Positions 10,703 to 21,707 of a DNA stretch of 64,000 nucleotides are shown here, in pieces. Source of the stretch: Alphaproteobacteria bacterium. Lineage in GTDB: Bacteria > Pseudomonadota > Alphaproteobacteria > GCA-2731375. The notes under the pieces were generated by a model. The model had not been told where the DNA came from. It saw nothing but the letters and a program-made list of their open reading frames with translations, and searched no databases. The stretch covers positions 32,001-96,000 of the forward strand of contig CBDDBZ010000036.1 of the NCBI GenBank assembly GCA_965225945.1, in the 5' to 3' direction. Position 1 is the stretch's first letter; every line of letters starts with the position of its first letter. The position numbers were made by a program, and so were the translations under genes.

Positions 10703-11587
10703 ATGCAACTCGGCTATGTCGGCTTGGGAAACATGGGGGGCGCGCTGGCGCGCCGGCTGATGCGGGGCCACGCGCTCCGCGTCTTCGATTTGCGGCCGGA
10801 GGTGATGGAGACCTTCGCCGCCGAGGGGGCCACTCCGGCCCAGGGGCCCCGCGCGCTGGCCGAGGGCTGCGACGTCGTGATGACCTGCCTGCCGACTTCC
10901 GACGAGGTCGAGGACGCGGTCTTCGGCGAGGACGGCATCGCCGCCGGAATCGACGAGGGCGGCATCATCGCCGATATGACGACCGGCGATCCCAACGCGA
11001 CGCGGCGCATGGCCGACGAGCTGAAGGCGCGCGGCATCACGCTGATCGACGCCCCCGTGAGCGGCGGGCCGCACGGCGCCGAGGCCGGCACCATCGCCAT
11101 CATGGTCGGCGCCAGCGAGGCCGATTACGCGATCTGCTTGGCGCTCTTCCAGACCATCTCTCCCAACGTCTTTCACGCCGGCCCGGTCGGCGCCGGGCAT
11201 GTGATGAAGCTGGTGAACAACATGGTGGCGGCGAGCGTCCGCGCGGTCACCTTCGAGGCGGTGGTGATGGGGGTCAAGAACGGTCTCGACCTCGCGACCT
11301 GCGCCGACATCCTGCACAAGAGCTCGGGCCGGAGCTATACGACGGAGATCACGCTGCCCGGCTTGGTCGCGGGCCATCACGCCGCCAACTTCACCATGGG
11401 ATTGATGCACAAGGACGTGCGTCTGGCGACCCAGTTGGGCCTCGATTCGGGCGCGCCGATGCTGATCTCCAACCTCGTGCGGGAGATCTTCCAGACCGCG
11501 ATCAACGAGTTCGGCGCCGAGGCCGACGTCAACATGCTGATCCGGGGCTTCGAGAACCGTGCCAATACCAAGGTGGTGGGCGCGTGA
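10703..11587 (+). CDS. 3-hydroxyisobutyrate dehydrogenase-family NAD(P)-dependent oxidoreductase
   Basis: GYVGLGNMG, DAPVSGG, KLVNN, LMHKD. Confidence 0.9.
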   Translation: MQLGYVGLGNMGGALARRLMRGHALRVFDLRPEVMETFAAEGATPAQGPRALAEGCDVVMTCLPTSDEVEDAVFGEDGIAAGIDEGGIIADMTTGDPNATRRMADELKARGITLIDAPVSGGPHGAEAGTIAIMVGASEADYAICLALFQTISPNVFHAGPVGAGHVMKLVNNMVAASVRAVTFEAVVMGVKNGLDLATCADILHKSSGRSYTTEITLPGLVAGHHAANFTMGLMHKDVRLATQLGLDSGAPMLISNLVREIFQTAINEFGAEADVNMLIRGFENRANTKVVGA

Positions 11588-11618
11588 TCGCACCGCTGAT
11601 CAGGAAAGGGCGGAAACG

Positions 11619-12407
11619 ATGGAATTCGAGACCCTACGCTTCGAGGTGTCGGGGGGCGTGGCCAAGATCACCCTCAACCGGCCGGATAATTTCAACGCCT
11701 TGAACCTGGAGATGGCGAAGGAATTGTCGGAGGCCTCGATCCTGTGTGGCGCGGAAGCGGAAATTCGCGCCGTGGTGCTGACCGGCGCCGGCCGGGCCTT
11801 CTCGGGCGGCGGCGACATCAATGAGTTCGCCTCGCTCGGTGACGACCTGGGGGCGCATACCAAACGCATGACGCTTTATTTCCACGGCGCCATCTCGCGC
11901 TTCGCCTGGATGGACGCGCCGCTGATCACGGCGGTGAACGGCGCGGCCGGCGGCGGCGGCATGAGCATCGCGATCATGGGCGATCTGGTGATCGCCGCGC
12001 GCTCGGCCAAGTTCACCCTCGCCTATACCCGCATCGGCCTGACGCCGGACGGCAGTTCCAGCTATTTCCTGCCGCGCGTGATCGGCGTCCGCCGCACGAT
12101 GGAACTGGCGCTCACCAACCGCACCTTGAGCGCCGAGGAAGCCCTGGAGTGGGGCCTCGTCAACCGCGTGGTCGACGACGAGGATTGCCTCGACGAGGCC
12201 ATGGCGCTGGCGGGCGAACTGGCGGCCGGGCCGACCCGGGCCTTCGGTGGCGTCAAGAAGCTCCTGGCCGCCACCTTCGGCGACGGCCTGGAAGGTCAGA
12301 TGGAGCGCGAAGCGCGCTTCATCGCCCAGATGACCGGCGGCGCCGACGTGGCGGAGGGCATCGCGGCCTTCCTCGCGAAACGCAAGCCGAACTTCATCGG
12401 CAATTGA
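11619..12407 (+). CDS. Enoyl-CoA hydratase/isomerase (PaaG-like)
   Basis: ITLNRP, GRAFSGGGD, AVNGAAGGGG, GLTPDGSSS, FLAKRKPNF. Confidence 0.9.
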   Translation: MEFETLRFEVSGGVAKITLNRPDNFNALNLEMAKELSEASILCGAEAEIRAVVLTGAGRAFSGGGDINEFASLGDDLGAHTKRMTLYFHGAISRFAWMDAPLITAVNGAAGGGGMSIAIMGDLVIAARSAKFTLAYTRIGLTPDGSSSYFLPRVIGVRRTMELALTNRTLSAEEALEWGLVNRVVDDEDCLDEAMALAGELAAGPTRAFGGVKKLLAATFGDGLEGQMEREARFIAQMTGGADVAEGIAAFLAKRKPNFIGN

Positions 12408-12496
12408 CGCCGGCGCCCTTCGTCTTACATGGTCACCACGTCGATGCGTGATATCCTCGGGGTCGACGCCGCGAGGCGGGCCGGGAGGCGAGAATC

Positions 12497-13414
12497 ATGG
12501 CGATTACACTGCCCCCAGGGCTGCCGGCGGCGCGCAATCTCGCCGGGGAGGGGCTCGAGGTCCGCGAGCGAACATCGGGCGCGGCGGGGTCGCGCGAGCT
12601 CTCGATCGCCATGTTGAACCTCATGCCGAAGAAGGAATCGACCGAAACCCAGATCGCCCGCATGCTGGCGAGCGGCCCGGAAGACGTTTCGCTGAGCTTC
12701 TTCGTGCCCGAGGGCCACACGCCGAAGACCGTCGACGCGGGCCATATCGAGAGCTTCTACGAGAGCTGGTCCGAGATCAGTGCCCGCGAGCACGACGGCC
12801 TCATCATCACCGGCGCGCCGATCGAGACCCTGCCGTTCCACGACGTCACCTATTGGGACCGACTTTGCGAGGTTTTCGAATGGGCGGAAGGCCACGTCGG
12901 CGGCTGCTATTACATCTGCTGGGCGGCACAGGCGGCGCTCTATCATTTCCACGGCGTGCCCAAGTACGAGCTCGAGGCCAAGATGTTCGGGGTCTTCGCG
13001 CACGACGTCGACGCGCCCGACAGCACCTTGGTCCAGGGCATGGGGCGGCATTTCGAGCTTCCGGTCTCTCGCCACACCGAGACTCGGCGCGAGGATCTGC
13101 CGACCAGCGGCGCGGTCCGGGTGGTGGCGCAATCCTCGCAATCGGGCCTCTGCCTGTTGGAGGAGCCAGCGCGCGGCATCGTCTACAACTTCAACCACCC
13201 GGAATACGATGCCTTGACGCTGCGGGACGAATACCTCCGCGACGTCAAGGCCGGCGCCGAGATTCAGGTGCCGAGGAACTATTTCCCCGGCGGCGACCCG
13301 AGCCGCGAGCCGACGGCGCGATGGCGCGACAAGGGCCGGTTCATCTATCGCAACTGGCTCACCCGCCTGGCCGCGGCGCGGGCCGCGAGGAGCGAGGCCC
13401 GCCGGGTCGGCTGA
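12497..13414 (+). CDS. metA: Homoserine O-succinyl/acetyltransferase (MetA family)
   Basis: LNLMPKK, DGLIITGAPIE, ICWAAQAALY, PVSRHTE, NHPEYD. Confidence 0.93.
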   Translation: MAITLPPGLPAARNLAGEGLEVRERTSGAAGSRELSIAMLNLMPKKESTETQIARMLASGPEDVSLSFFVPEGHTPKTVDAGHIESFYESWSEISAREHDGLIITGAPIETLPFHDVTYWDRLCEVFEWAEGHVGGCYYICWAAQAALYHFHGVPKYELEAKMFGVFAHDVDAPDSTLVQGMGRHFELPVSRHTETRREDLPTSGAVRVVAQSSQSGLCLLEEPARGIVYNFNHPEYDALTLRDEYLRDVKAGAEIQVPRNYFPGGDPSREPTARWRDKGRFIYRNWLTRLAAARAARSEARRVG

Positions 13415-13471
13415 AGATCCCTCGTTGGCGTCGAGCGTGAAAAATCCCTCGTTCGCGCTATCGGCGTCGGG

Positions 13472-13795
13472 TCAGCCGCTGGGATCGCCGGCGTCGGTGC
13501 CGTGGAGGCCGCCGACCAAGCAGGCGCCCTGCGTCACCTCGATCGAGCGGTAGGTGATTTCGGCGCTGACCACCGCCTTTTCGCCCAAAATCACCGCGAT
13601 GGCGCCGATCTCGCCCTCGACCGTGCCATTGACGTGGACCGTATCCGCCAGGATCGTGCCCTTCACGTGGCCGCCTTCGAGAACGGTCACGCGCTTGGCG
13701 CCGATCCGCCCCTCGACGCGCCCGTCGACCTCGATGTCGCCGTCGCACTTCAGCTCACCTTCGATCGAGAGTCCGTTAGCGATTCTGGACGCCAT
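13472..13795 (-). CDS. Bactofilin (polymer-forming cytoskeletal protein)
   Basis: IEGEL..DG.VEG.I...V.G.I.A..V.V.G.VEGEI beta-helix pattern. Confidence 0.88.
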   Translation of the reverse strand: MASRIANGLSIEGELKCDGDIEVDGRVEGRIGAKRVTVLEGGHVKGTILADTVHVNGTVEGEIGAIAVILGEKAVVSAEITYRSIEVTQGACLVGGLHGTDAGDPSG

Positions 13796-13933
13796 GACCA
13801 CCACCTTGTTTTCCTATCGCCGACCCAGGGTCGGGGCCCGCGCCCACCTCGCAGAGCGATCGGGGCATGGTTTCCACGCGGCCCGGGGGCCGGGCGACGC
13901 CGCTGCCGCCCGCGCGGGCCATCCCGCCGCCGC

Positions 13934-15043
13934 CTAGAACGTGACGACGCTGCGGATGCTCTTGCCTTCATGCATCAGATCGAAGGCGTTGTTGATCTCC
14001 TCGAGCGGCATCACATGGGTGATCAGATCGTCGATGTTGATCTTGCCCTCCATGTACCAGTCGACGATCCTGGGCACGTCGGTCCGGCCCTTGGCGCCAC
14101 CGAAGGCGGTGCCGCGCCAGACCCGACCGGTGACGAGCTGGAAGGGCCGGGTCTTGATCTCCTGTCCCGCGCCCGCGACGCCGATGATGATGCTCTCGCC
14201 CCAGCCCTTGTGCGCGCATTCGAGCGCGGTGCGCATGACGTCGACGTTGCCGATGCACTCGAAGCTGTAGTCGGCGCCGCCCTTGGTGAGATTGACCAGA
14301 TAGTCGACCAGATCGCCCTCGACCTCGCTCGGATTCACGAAGTGGGTCATGCCGAACTTCTCGGCGAGCTCCCGCTTCGAGGCGTTGAGGTCGACGCCGA
14401 CGATCATGTCCGCGCCCACCAAACGCAAGCCCTGGACCACGTTGAGGCCGATGCCGCCCAGCCCGAAGACGACGCAGTTGGCGCCCGCCTCCACCTTGGC
14501 CGTGTTCATCACCGCGCCGAGCCCGGTGGTGACGCCGCAGCCGATGTAGCAGACCTTGTCGAAGGGCGCGTCCTCGCGAATTTTCGCGACCGCGATCTCC
14601 GCCATCACGGTGACGTTCGAGAAGGTCGAGGTTCCCATGTAGTGATAGAGCGTCTCGCCGCCGATGGAGAAGCGGCTGGAGCCGTCCGGCATCAGGCCCT
14701 GGCCTTGGGTCAGGCGAATCGCCTGGCACAGGTTGGTCTTGCCCGAGAGGCAGTATTCGCAACTCCGACACTCGGGCGTGTAAAGCGGAATGACATGGTC
14801 GCCGGGCTTCACGCTGGTGACGCCCTGGCCGACCTCGACGACGACGCCCGCGCCCTCGTGGCCGAGGATGGCCGGGAACAGGCCCTCGGGGTCGGCCCCG
14901 GAGAGGGTGAATTCATCGGTGTGGCAGATGCCGGTCGCCTTGATCTCCACCATGACCTCGCCGGCCTTGGGACCCTCGACCTGGACGGTCTCGATTGTGA
15001 GCGGCTTGCCGGCTTCCGTGGCGACGGCGGCTTTGGCGTCCAT
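13934..15043 (-). CDS. frmA: S-(hydroxymethyl)glutathione dehydrogenase / class III alcohol dehydrogenase
   Basis: [38 protein letters not shown]. Confidence 0.95.
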   Translation of the reverse strand: MDAKAAVATEAGKPLTIETVQVEGPKAGEVMVEIKATGICHTDEFTLSGADPEGLFPAILGHEGAGVVVEVGQGVTSVKPGDHVIPLYTPECRSCEYCLSGKTNLCQAIRLTQGQGLMPDGSSRFSIGGETLYHYMGTSTFSNVTVMAEIAVAKIREDAPFDKVCYIGCGVTTGLGAVMNTAKVEAGANCVVFGLGGIGLNVVQGLRLVGADMIVGVDLNASKRELAEKFGMTHFVNPSEVEGDLVDYLVNLTKGGADYSFECIGNVDVMRTALECAHKGWGESIIIGVAGAGQEIKTRPFQLVTGRVWRGTAFGGAKGRTDVPRIVDWYMEGKINIDDLITHVMPLEEINNAFDLMHEGKSIRSVVTF

Positions 15044-15329
15044 GATGTCCCCCCCTTGGTTCGGCGATCGATTGCGCTTCGGTCCGTCGGGCCAGCTTCG
15101 CGGCTGGCGTTTGCGCTGCGGTCCGGCGGAGTATAGCGGAGGGCGGGGGCGGTCGGACAAGCGGATTCTCGGCCCTCTCGAAGCGTCGAGACGCCGGCTC
15201 GAGCGCCGCAGGAATTCGTTGAAGCGGTTCGGCCGTGCCGCTATGCTGCGCGGCCATAAGGGGCACTCGTGATTCCGGGCTACCTCGGGGCGGGGCTCCG
15301 GCAGGTTCTCACAGGGAAGGAACGTTACG

Positions 15330-16397
15330 ATGCGAAAAACAATTCTGATCATGAGCGCCGTCGCGCTCGCCGCCTTCGTCTTCGCAGGAGGTAGCGTCTT
15401 CACGGACGGCGGCGTGGTCGCGACCGCCAAGGCGCAGATGGTCGATGGACCGAAGGTCACTTGGCGCCTCTCGCTCTGGGGCAAGCGCCGGGCTTTCACG
15501 GAAGGTTTGGAGTTCTTGTCGGCCGAGGTCGTGAAGCGGACCGCCGGCAAGTTCCAGGTAAAGCTCTACTATGGCGAGCAGCTCTCCAAGAGTAAGGAGA
15601 ATCTGGACGGCATTTCCGTCGGGGCCTTCGAGGCGGCACTCATCTGCCCCTCCTACTCCCCCGACAAGGCTCGGCCGCTGAACGTGCTCGACTTGCCGTT
15701 CCTGCCGCTCGGCAATCTCGACATCATGCTGAAGGCGAACAACGCGGTGTTCGCTCACCCGGCCGCCAAGGCGGCCCTGGCCAAGTGGAACGCGATGCTC
15801 TACGTGCCGAACATCCTGCCGCAGTACGAGTACATGGGCCGCGGCAAGCCGCCGGCCTCGGTCGCCGACTTCAAGGGCATGCGTCTGCGCGCGCTCGGCG
15901 GCATGGGCCGCGCGGCCAAGGCGATCGGGGCGGTGCCGACGTCGATGACCGCCTCCGAAGTGTACACGGCATTGCAGCGCGGTACGGTGGACGCCATCGG
16001 CTTCCCCTTTACCTACACCTTCGCGGCATACAAGTTGGACGAGGTCGCCGACTGGTATACCACCAACATGTCGCTCGGCACGGTGGGTTGCCCGATCGTC
16101 TTCAACCAAGCCGCGTGGAAGAAGCTGCCGGATCAATACAAAGCGTTGTTGAACGACCTCAAATTGGACTTCTCCGCGGCACAAAAGAAGGCCTACGCGG
16201 CCAAGGACATAATCAACCTGAAGAAATGGGCCGACAATCCCAAGCTGGTGGCGGTGAAGATCGCCGACGATGAAATGGCGGAGTTCCGTCGCATCGGTGG
16301 CAAGCCGATCTGGGATGAATGGGTCAAGGAGAACGAGAAGGAGTTTCCGGCACGAGAGCTGTTGGACCTCGTCTTGAACGCCGCCAAAGGCTCCTAG
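15330..16397 (+). CDS. dctP: TRAP transporter substrate-binding protein
   Basis: Signal peptide, [20 protein letters not shown]. Confidence 0.88.
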   Translation: MRKTILIMSAVALAAFVFAGGSVFTDGGVVATAKAQMVDGPKVTWRLSLWGKRRAFTEGLEFLSAEVVKRTAGKFQVKLYYGEQLSKSKENLDGISVGAFEAALICPSYSPDKARPLNVLDLPFLPLGNLDIMLKANNAVFAHPAAKAALAKWNAMLYVPNILPQYEYMGRGKPPASVADFKGMRLRALGGMGRAAKAIGAVPTSMTASEVYTALQRGTVDAIGFPFTYTFAAYKLDEVADWYTTNMSLGTVGCPIVFNQAAWKKLPDQYKALLNDLKLDFSAAQKKAYAAKDIINLKKWADNPKLVAVKIADDEMAEFRRIGGKPIWDEWVKENEKEFPARELLDLVLNAAKGS

Positions 16398-16490
16398 TCA
16401 TGTAGTCATGCGTGGGCAACGGGGCCGTCGGTGGTTTCGCCGGCGGCCCTTGGCGCATTAATCTCACTTCGTTGCTTTAGGTGATCCAAC

Positions 16491-17150
16491 ATGTCGCTCG
16501 ACGACCGGACCGAATATTCTCCAGGCGAGCAATGGCTCCTCCGTGCGGACCAGGGGGCCTTCCAGGTCGAAAAGCTGTTCAACCTGACTGCGGGGATGGT
16601 GATCATGGCGCTGATGCTGCTTGCCGTCGCGCAGGTGGTGGGCCGCAAGTTCTTCAACTATCCGGTCATGGGCTACGTCGATTGGGTTGAAAGCGCCATG
16701 GCGGTGTTCGCCTTCCTCGGCATCGCCTACTGCCAGCGGCTGGGCGGACATGTTCGAATGGAACTGGTGATCGGAAGGTTTTTCGGCCGCACGCGCTGGG
16801 TGCTGGAGACGCTGAGTACGCTGATCGCGATCTTCATCATCACGGTCCTGAGTTGGTACGCCTACGAGCACTTCCTGCGGGCCTGGCTGATCGGTGATTC
16901 CTCCATGGATATCGAGCTACCGATCTGGCCCGGCAAGATAATCGTCGTCATTGCGTTCGTCTCTCTGATCGGCCGACTGGTGATCCAACTCGTCGGATTT
17001 TTGCGTCTCGTCGTCTACCCCGACGCCGTGCCGATCGCGATCCCGATGATCGCGACCGTCGACGAGGTGGCCCAGCACGAGATCGACGTCGGCCTCGCCG
17101 GCGAGGAGGAGAAAGTCGTGATCGTGCCTGGAAGGGCGGAGCAGGCCTGA
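16491..17150 (+). CDS. dctQ: TRAP transporter small permease
   Basis: 4 TM segments, GGHVRMEL; lies between dctP and dctM. Confidence 0.88.
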   Translation: MSLDDRTEYSPGEQWLLRADQGAFQVEKLFNLTAGMVIMALMLLAVAQVVGRKFFNYPVMGYVDWVESAMAVFAFLGIAYCQRLGGHVRMELVIGRFFGRTRWVLETLSTLIAIFIITVLSWYAYEHFLRAWLIGDSSMDIELPIWPGKIIVVIAFVSLIGRLVIQLVGFLRLVVYPDAVPIAIPMIATVDEVAQHEIDVGLAGEEEKVVIVPGRAEQA

Positions 17151-18451
17151 TGGATGAATTCGCCATCGGCCTGATCGGCACGGGCGCCCTGCTCGTGATG
17201 GTGCTCGCGGGCGTTCGCGTCTACATCGTCGCCGCCTTGGTCGGCATGTTGGGTGTCGTGGCGATCATCGGGTGGCATTCGGGCGCCGCCATCAGCGGCA
17301 CCGTGCCGCACTCGAAGTCCGTCAACTATGCGCTCTCCGTCTTGCCGATGTTCATCCTGATCGGCTTCATCGCCTATCATGCCGGTCTGACGCACGCGCT
17401 CTTCCGGGCGGCGCGGGCGTGGTTCGGCTGGGTGCCGGGGGGCCTGGCGGTGGCCAGCATCTTCGCCACCGCGGGCTTCGCCGCGGTTTCCGGCGCCAGC
17501 ACCGCGACGGCGGCCGTGTTCAGCCGCGTCGCCATCCCGCACATGCTGGAACACGGCTACGACCGCAAGCTGGCGGCGGGCGTGGTGGCGGCGGGCGGCA
17601 CCTTGGCCTCGCTGATCCCGCCGAGCGCGATCCTGGTGCTCTATGCCATCATCGTCGAGGAATCGGTGGGCAAGCTCATTATGGCCGGCTTCGTTCCCGG
17701 CATCATCTCGGCGATCATTTACGCCATGCTGATCATCGGCCGCTGCATGATAAACCCGGAGCTCGGCAAGCCGCTCCCCCCGGCGCCGATGTCGGAACGG
17801 CTGGCCAGCTTGCCGGGGACCCTGCCGATCGTCCTGGTCGTCGCCATCATCTTCTATTCGATGTATTCCGGCTTCGCGACGCCGACCGAGGCCGGCGCGC
17901 TCGGCGCCTTCGTCGTCCTCGTCATCGCGCTCTTCCGCGGCATGAAATGGAACAACCTCAAGGACGCGCTGGAAGAGACGGCGAAGCTCACGGTGATGAT
18001 CTTCGCCCTGATCTGGGGCATCTTGATCTTCGTCCGCTTCCTCGGCTATGCCGGCCTGCCGCAGGCCTTTTCCCTGTGGATCACCGAGCTGCCGCTGCCA
18101 CCCATCATCATCATGATCGGCATTCTGTTGGCCTATGGCGTGCTCGGCATGTTCATGGATGCGCTGGGCATGCTGCTGTTGACGCTGCCGGTGGTCCATC
18201 CCGCCGTCATCGCGCTGGGCTACGATCCGATCTGGTTCGGCATCATCGTCGTCAAGATGTGCGAGGTCTGCCTGATCACGCCGCCCGTCGGCCTGAACTG
18301 TTACGTGGTCCACTCGGTCAGACCGGATATACCGCTCGGCGACGTTTTCAGGGGCATAGCCCCCTTCTTCGTCGCCGACTCGGTCACCATCGCGCTGTTC
18401 CTGGCGTTCCCCGGGATCATTTTGTGGCTGCCGAACCTGATGGACATTTAG
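17150..18451 (+). CDS. dctM: TRAP transporter large permease
   Basis: GGTLASLIPPS, TPTEAGA, LITPPVGLN. Confidence 0.93.
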   Translation: MDEFAIGLIGTGALLVMVLAGVRVYIVAALVGMLGVVAIIGWHSGAAISGTVPHSKSVNYALSVLPMFILIGFIAYHAGLTHALFRAARAWFGWVPGGLAVASIFATAGFAAVSGASTATAAVFSRVAIPHMLEHGYDRKLAAGVVAAGGTLASLIPPSAILVLYAIIVEESVGKLIMAGFVPGIISAIIYAMLIIGRCMINPELGKPLPPAPMSERLASLPGTLPIVLVVAIIFYSMYSGFATPTEAGALGAFVVLVIALFRGMKWNNLKDALEETAKLTVMIFALIWGILIFVRFLGYAGLPQAFSLWITELPLPPIIIMIGILLAYGVLGMFMDALGMLLLTLPVVHPAVIALGYDPIWFGIIVVKMCEVCLITPPVGLNCYVVHSVRPDIPLGDVFRGIAPFFVADSVTIALFLAFPGIILWLPNLMDI

Positions 18452-18572
18452 CCTGAGGGCCGCCTCGGCGGGTGGCTCCGAGTTATTTTGGGCCACCGCT
18501 CAGGGGGCTTCAATTGCGGCTCTCGACGGTGTAATCCCCTCGTGACAGCCACGTCGGACGCGAGGCGCCCGC

Positions 18573-19961
18573 ATGTCGACGGCCCCGCCACCTGAGATCG
18601 ACGCAAGCGAGGTGGACGCGTCCACGCCGCCGGAGCTGAGCACCGTCGCCCAGCGAATTGCGCGTGACCCGGAGGTGCTGAAGGCGCTGCTCGCAACCAG
18701 CAGCCTCGAAGAGCTGGTCGACGCCATGACCGCGCTCGCCGGCGCCGAGGCCCGCGAGGTGATCGGGCGCCATGTCGAGCGGGTCTACGCGGTCGAGGTG
18801 CCCTATTCCTTCGCCAAGCCGAAGATCGATCTCGCCCTCGCAGACATCCGGGGGCTCGCCAAATGGCGGATCCTCGGCCTCTGGCTCGCTGCCGCACTGG
18901 CCGGCCTGCTCGACACGCCACCGCTGGGCGGCTGGGCCGGCGTCCTTCGCCGCCCGTTCCTTCGCCCCGAACCCGGCGCCGCCGACAGCGGGGCCACGGT
19001 GCTGGGCAAGGCGGAGCTCGCGGCGATGCGTGGCCTGCTCGAGGCGCTGGGCGAGGAGACCTGGCGCCTGCACGTCGACTGGGAGGACCAGGACTTCGGG
19101 CCCGAGGTCTACGACCAGGGCCTCCACGGCGGGTGGGGGGAGCCGGGCTACCTGGAGAACGCGCTCGCCATGCAGCGCGCGACGGCGGAGACCTTGGGGC
19201 GGCCCCTCGACGGCGCCGGCTACGAGCGGCTGCAGAACACGGCACTCGGCTATCGCGGCGCCTGGGCGGTCGAATACGACTTCTCGCCGCGCCACTTGAC
19301 GCGCCACTGGTCGCGCGCGGACGGTGAGGTCTTGGCTGAGATTTCGCCCCGCCACTACCGCCGAATTCGGCATCGGGCTTGGGAGGTCGCGGCCTTCGAC
19401 TATCTCTATGGCGACGACATGGACGGCTTCATCGCCGACAATCCCGTAATCGCCGAGATCCTGATGGCCAAGCACGGGCCGAAACCGCCGATCGGCGCGA
19501 AGTTGCTGGACGAGGAATTCCTGCGCATGGAGGTCTCGCTGGTCGAGGGGCCTCGGCGCCCGGAGACCGTGCGCGCCATGATCGACGCTCGCCTCGCGGC
19601 CTTCGGCGCGGCCATGGCCGGCATCGATCCGGGGGACGCGGATGCCCGGCTGCTGGAGATCGCCCGGCTGCACCGCTGGTTCGAATACCTGCACCCCTTC
19701 CGCGACGGCAACACCCGGCTCAGCCTCATGGTCTTGAACAAGCTTTTGGTTGAGCATGGTTTCGTTCCCGTCGTGCTGGCGCAGCGCAACGACGCGCCGT
19801 TCAACGGCGACCGGGAATGGCGTCGCTACATCGTCGAGGGGATGGAACGCTGGCGGGCGATCCGATGGCTCGCGGACATGGCTTTGCTGGATCACGTCAT
19901 CGCCATGCGGCCGGCCGCCGACGTCGAGCGCCGGCTCGCCGCCCGGCGCGGGCGCAAGTAG
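18573..19961 (+). CDS. Fic domain protein, AnkX-like catalytic region
   Basis: HPFRDGNTR Fic motif; WRLHVD...EPGYL upstream segment. Confidence 0.8.
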   Translation: MSTAPPPEIDASEVDASTPPELSTVAQRIARDPEVLKALLATSSLEELVDAMTALAGAEAREVIGRHVERVYAVEVPYSFAKPKIDLALADIRGLAKWRILGLWLAAALAGLLDTPPLGGWAGVLRRPFLRPEPGAADSGATVLGKAELAAMRGLLEALGEETWRLHVDWEDQDFGPEVYDQGLHGGWGEPGYLENALAMQRATAETLGRPLDGAGYERLQNTALGYRGAWAVEYDFSPRHLTRHWSRADGEVLAEISPRHYRRIRHRAWEVAAFDYLYGDDMDGFIADNPVIAEILMAKHGPKPPIGAKLLDEEFLRMEVSLVEGPRRPETVRAMIDARLAAFGAAMAGIDPGDADARLLEIARLHRWFEYLHPFRDGNTRLSLMVLNKLLVEHGFVPVVLAQRNDAPFNGDREWRRYIVEGMERWRAIRWLADMALLDHVIAMRPAADVERRLAARRGRK

Positions 19962-19965
19962 CGCC

Positions 19966-20937
19966 GTGGCCGATCCCGCCGCGCGCCGAGAGCCCCGAGA
20001 GCTCCGAGAGCCATTTCTTCGCGGCGAGGACGTCCGGGAATCGCTGGAGCTGCTGCGCGGCATCGCGCTCGCCTGGCTGCTGCCCGAGGCGTGGTGGGAG
20101 CCGGTGCTGCGGGCCTATGCCGCCTCGGTGGTTCGCCGCTACGCCACGCGCCACCAGGACCGCATTCGCCGCCTGGTGAAGATCTACGGGAACCGAATTC
20201 CACCCGCGGTTCACGACGCCACGGTCTTCGCGCTGACCTACCATCACAATCTCGCGCACTTCCAGCGCTTCCGCGAGGCGGCGCCGCACGGCTGGCATCC
20301 TGGAATCGAGGTCCTGGGGGCTGAGCATATCGAGCGCGCGCGCGAGGGCGGGCGCGGCGTCGTGCTCTGGGTTTCGCGCTTCGTCCATTCCCCGGTGGTG
20401 ACGAAGAAGGGCATGCGCCGTGCCGGCCTGGAGGTACATCACCTGAGCCGCCCGTCGCACGGCTTCGTCGGCAGTTGGTATGCGAGCCACGTCTTGAGCC
20501 CGATCTGGCTCAGGGGCGAGGCGCGCCACCTGGCGGGCCGAATCGTCTACCGGCCGGGCCAGACCATGGCGATGAGCCGTGCGCTGCGTCGCCGCCTGGC
20601 GGAAAATCGCATCGTCTCGATCACCCAGGGGCAGGCTGCGATGGGGACGGTCCGGGCGGCGCTGTTCGAGGCGGAGATCACGCTGGCCACCGGCCCGATC
20701 AACCTCGCCTATTCGGCTGGTGCGCCCCTGCTGCCGGTGTTCACCCTCAGGCGGCCCTCCGGCCGCTTCGAGGTGGTGATCGAGCCGCCCTTGGAGCTGC
20801 CGGCCGACGGCGCGCGCGAGGCCCGCTTCGCCGCCGTGGCGCGCGCCTTCACGCGGCGCCTGGAGCCGCACGCCTTGGCCCATCCCGAGCAGTATCAGTT
20901 CTGGCGCGAAGAGATCGATCACGCCGAGGAAGATTGA
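19966..20937 (+). CDS. Lysophospholipid/lipid A-type acyltransferase family protein
   Basis: GAEHIERAREGGRGVVL, ATGPINLAYSAGAPLLPVF, HPEQYQFW; GTG start 4 nt after the Fic stop. Confidence 0.75.
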   Translation: MADPAARREPRELREPFLRGEDVRESLELLRGIALAWLLPEAWWEPVLRAYAASVVRRYATRHQDRIRRLVKIYGNRIPPAVHDATVFALTYHHNLAHFQRFREAAPHGWHPGIEVLGAEHIERAREGGRGVVLWVSRFVHSPVVTKKGMRRAGLEVHHLSRPSHGFVGSWYASHVLSPIWLRGEARHLAGRIVYRPGQTMAMSRALRRRLAENRIVSITQGQAAMGTVRAALFEAEITLATGPINLAYSAGAPLLPVFTLRRPSGRFEVVIEPPLELPADGAREARFAAVARAFTRRLEPHALAHPEQYQFWREEIDHAEED

Positions 20938-20966
20938 ATGACGGCGAGTTGGGACGCCGAACCATC

Positions 20967-21707
20967 ATGACCGGATTCGCCCCGAGGGTGGCATGGCCCA
21001 GCGACTTCCCGGAAGTTCAGACGCATACGACCGTGAAGGTCCGCGACGCCCACCCGGCCTATGCCGCCGCCAAGAGCGGTGATCGAGAGGCCGCGGTCGA
21101 GCTCGTCGAGGACCTGCTCGACGACGGGGCAATCGAGCAGCTTCATCGACGACTGGGCGATCGCAAGCCCGTCATCGTCCCAGTCCGCGCGCTGGAATTA
21201 CAGGGGCGCAACGTGATCCCCGATCTCATGGCCGAGATACTGGCGTCACGGCTGGGGCTGGAGGTCGACCAACAAGTCGTCCAGGCCAATATTGTCGTAC
21301 CCACTCGGGCGAGCGGCTTCGAGCGATTGGCACGGCCCGCTTGGTTTTTTGGTGACATCAGGTCTGGGTGGAGGTATCTAGTCGTCGACGACCATGTCGG
21401 CCTTGGTGGGACGCTCGCTAATATCCGAGGCCATATTGAGAGCAATGGCGGCAAGGTCGTGCTGGCAACCACGGTGACGCAGTCGAGGGACAGCCACCGA
21501 CTGGCCCTTTCGCCGGAGACGCTGCGGAAGTTGCGGGAAAAGCATGGGCACGACCTCGAAACCTTCTGGCGGGAGCGATTTGGCCATGGACTCGACCAAC
21601 TCAGCGAGCCCGAAGCCGGCTACCTCCTTCGCACCCAGAATGTTGACCGCATTCGAGCTCAAATCGATGCAAGCGGAGGCCAGGGAGATCCATCGGGAGT
21701 TCCCTGA
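20967..21707 (+). CDS. Stand-alone phosphoribosyltransferase-fold protein
   Basis: LVVDDHVGLGGTL PRPP-binding loop; HPAYAAAKSGD N-terminal motif. Confidence 0.75.
   Translation: MTGFAPRVAWPSDFPEVQTHTTVKVRDAHPAYAAAKSGDREAAVELVEDLLDDGAIEQLHRRLGDRKPVIVPVRALELQGRNVIPDLMAEILASRLGLEVDQQVVQANIVVPTRASGFERLARPAWFFGDIRSGWRYLVVDDHVGLGGTLANIRGHIESNGGKVVLATTVTQSRDSHRLALSPETLRKLREKHGHDLETFWRERFGHGLDQLSEPEAGYLLRTQNVDRIRAQIDASGGQGDPSGVP

Noticed and set aside
12410-12496. SAM riboswitch upstream of metA
   Set aside because: No recognisable SAM-II or SAM-SAH consensus by eye; needs an Rfam scan.
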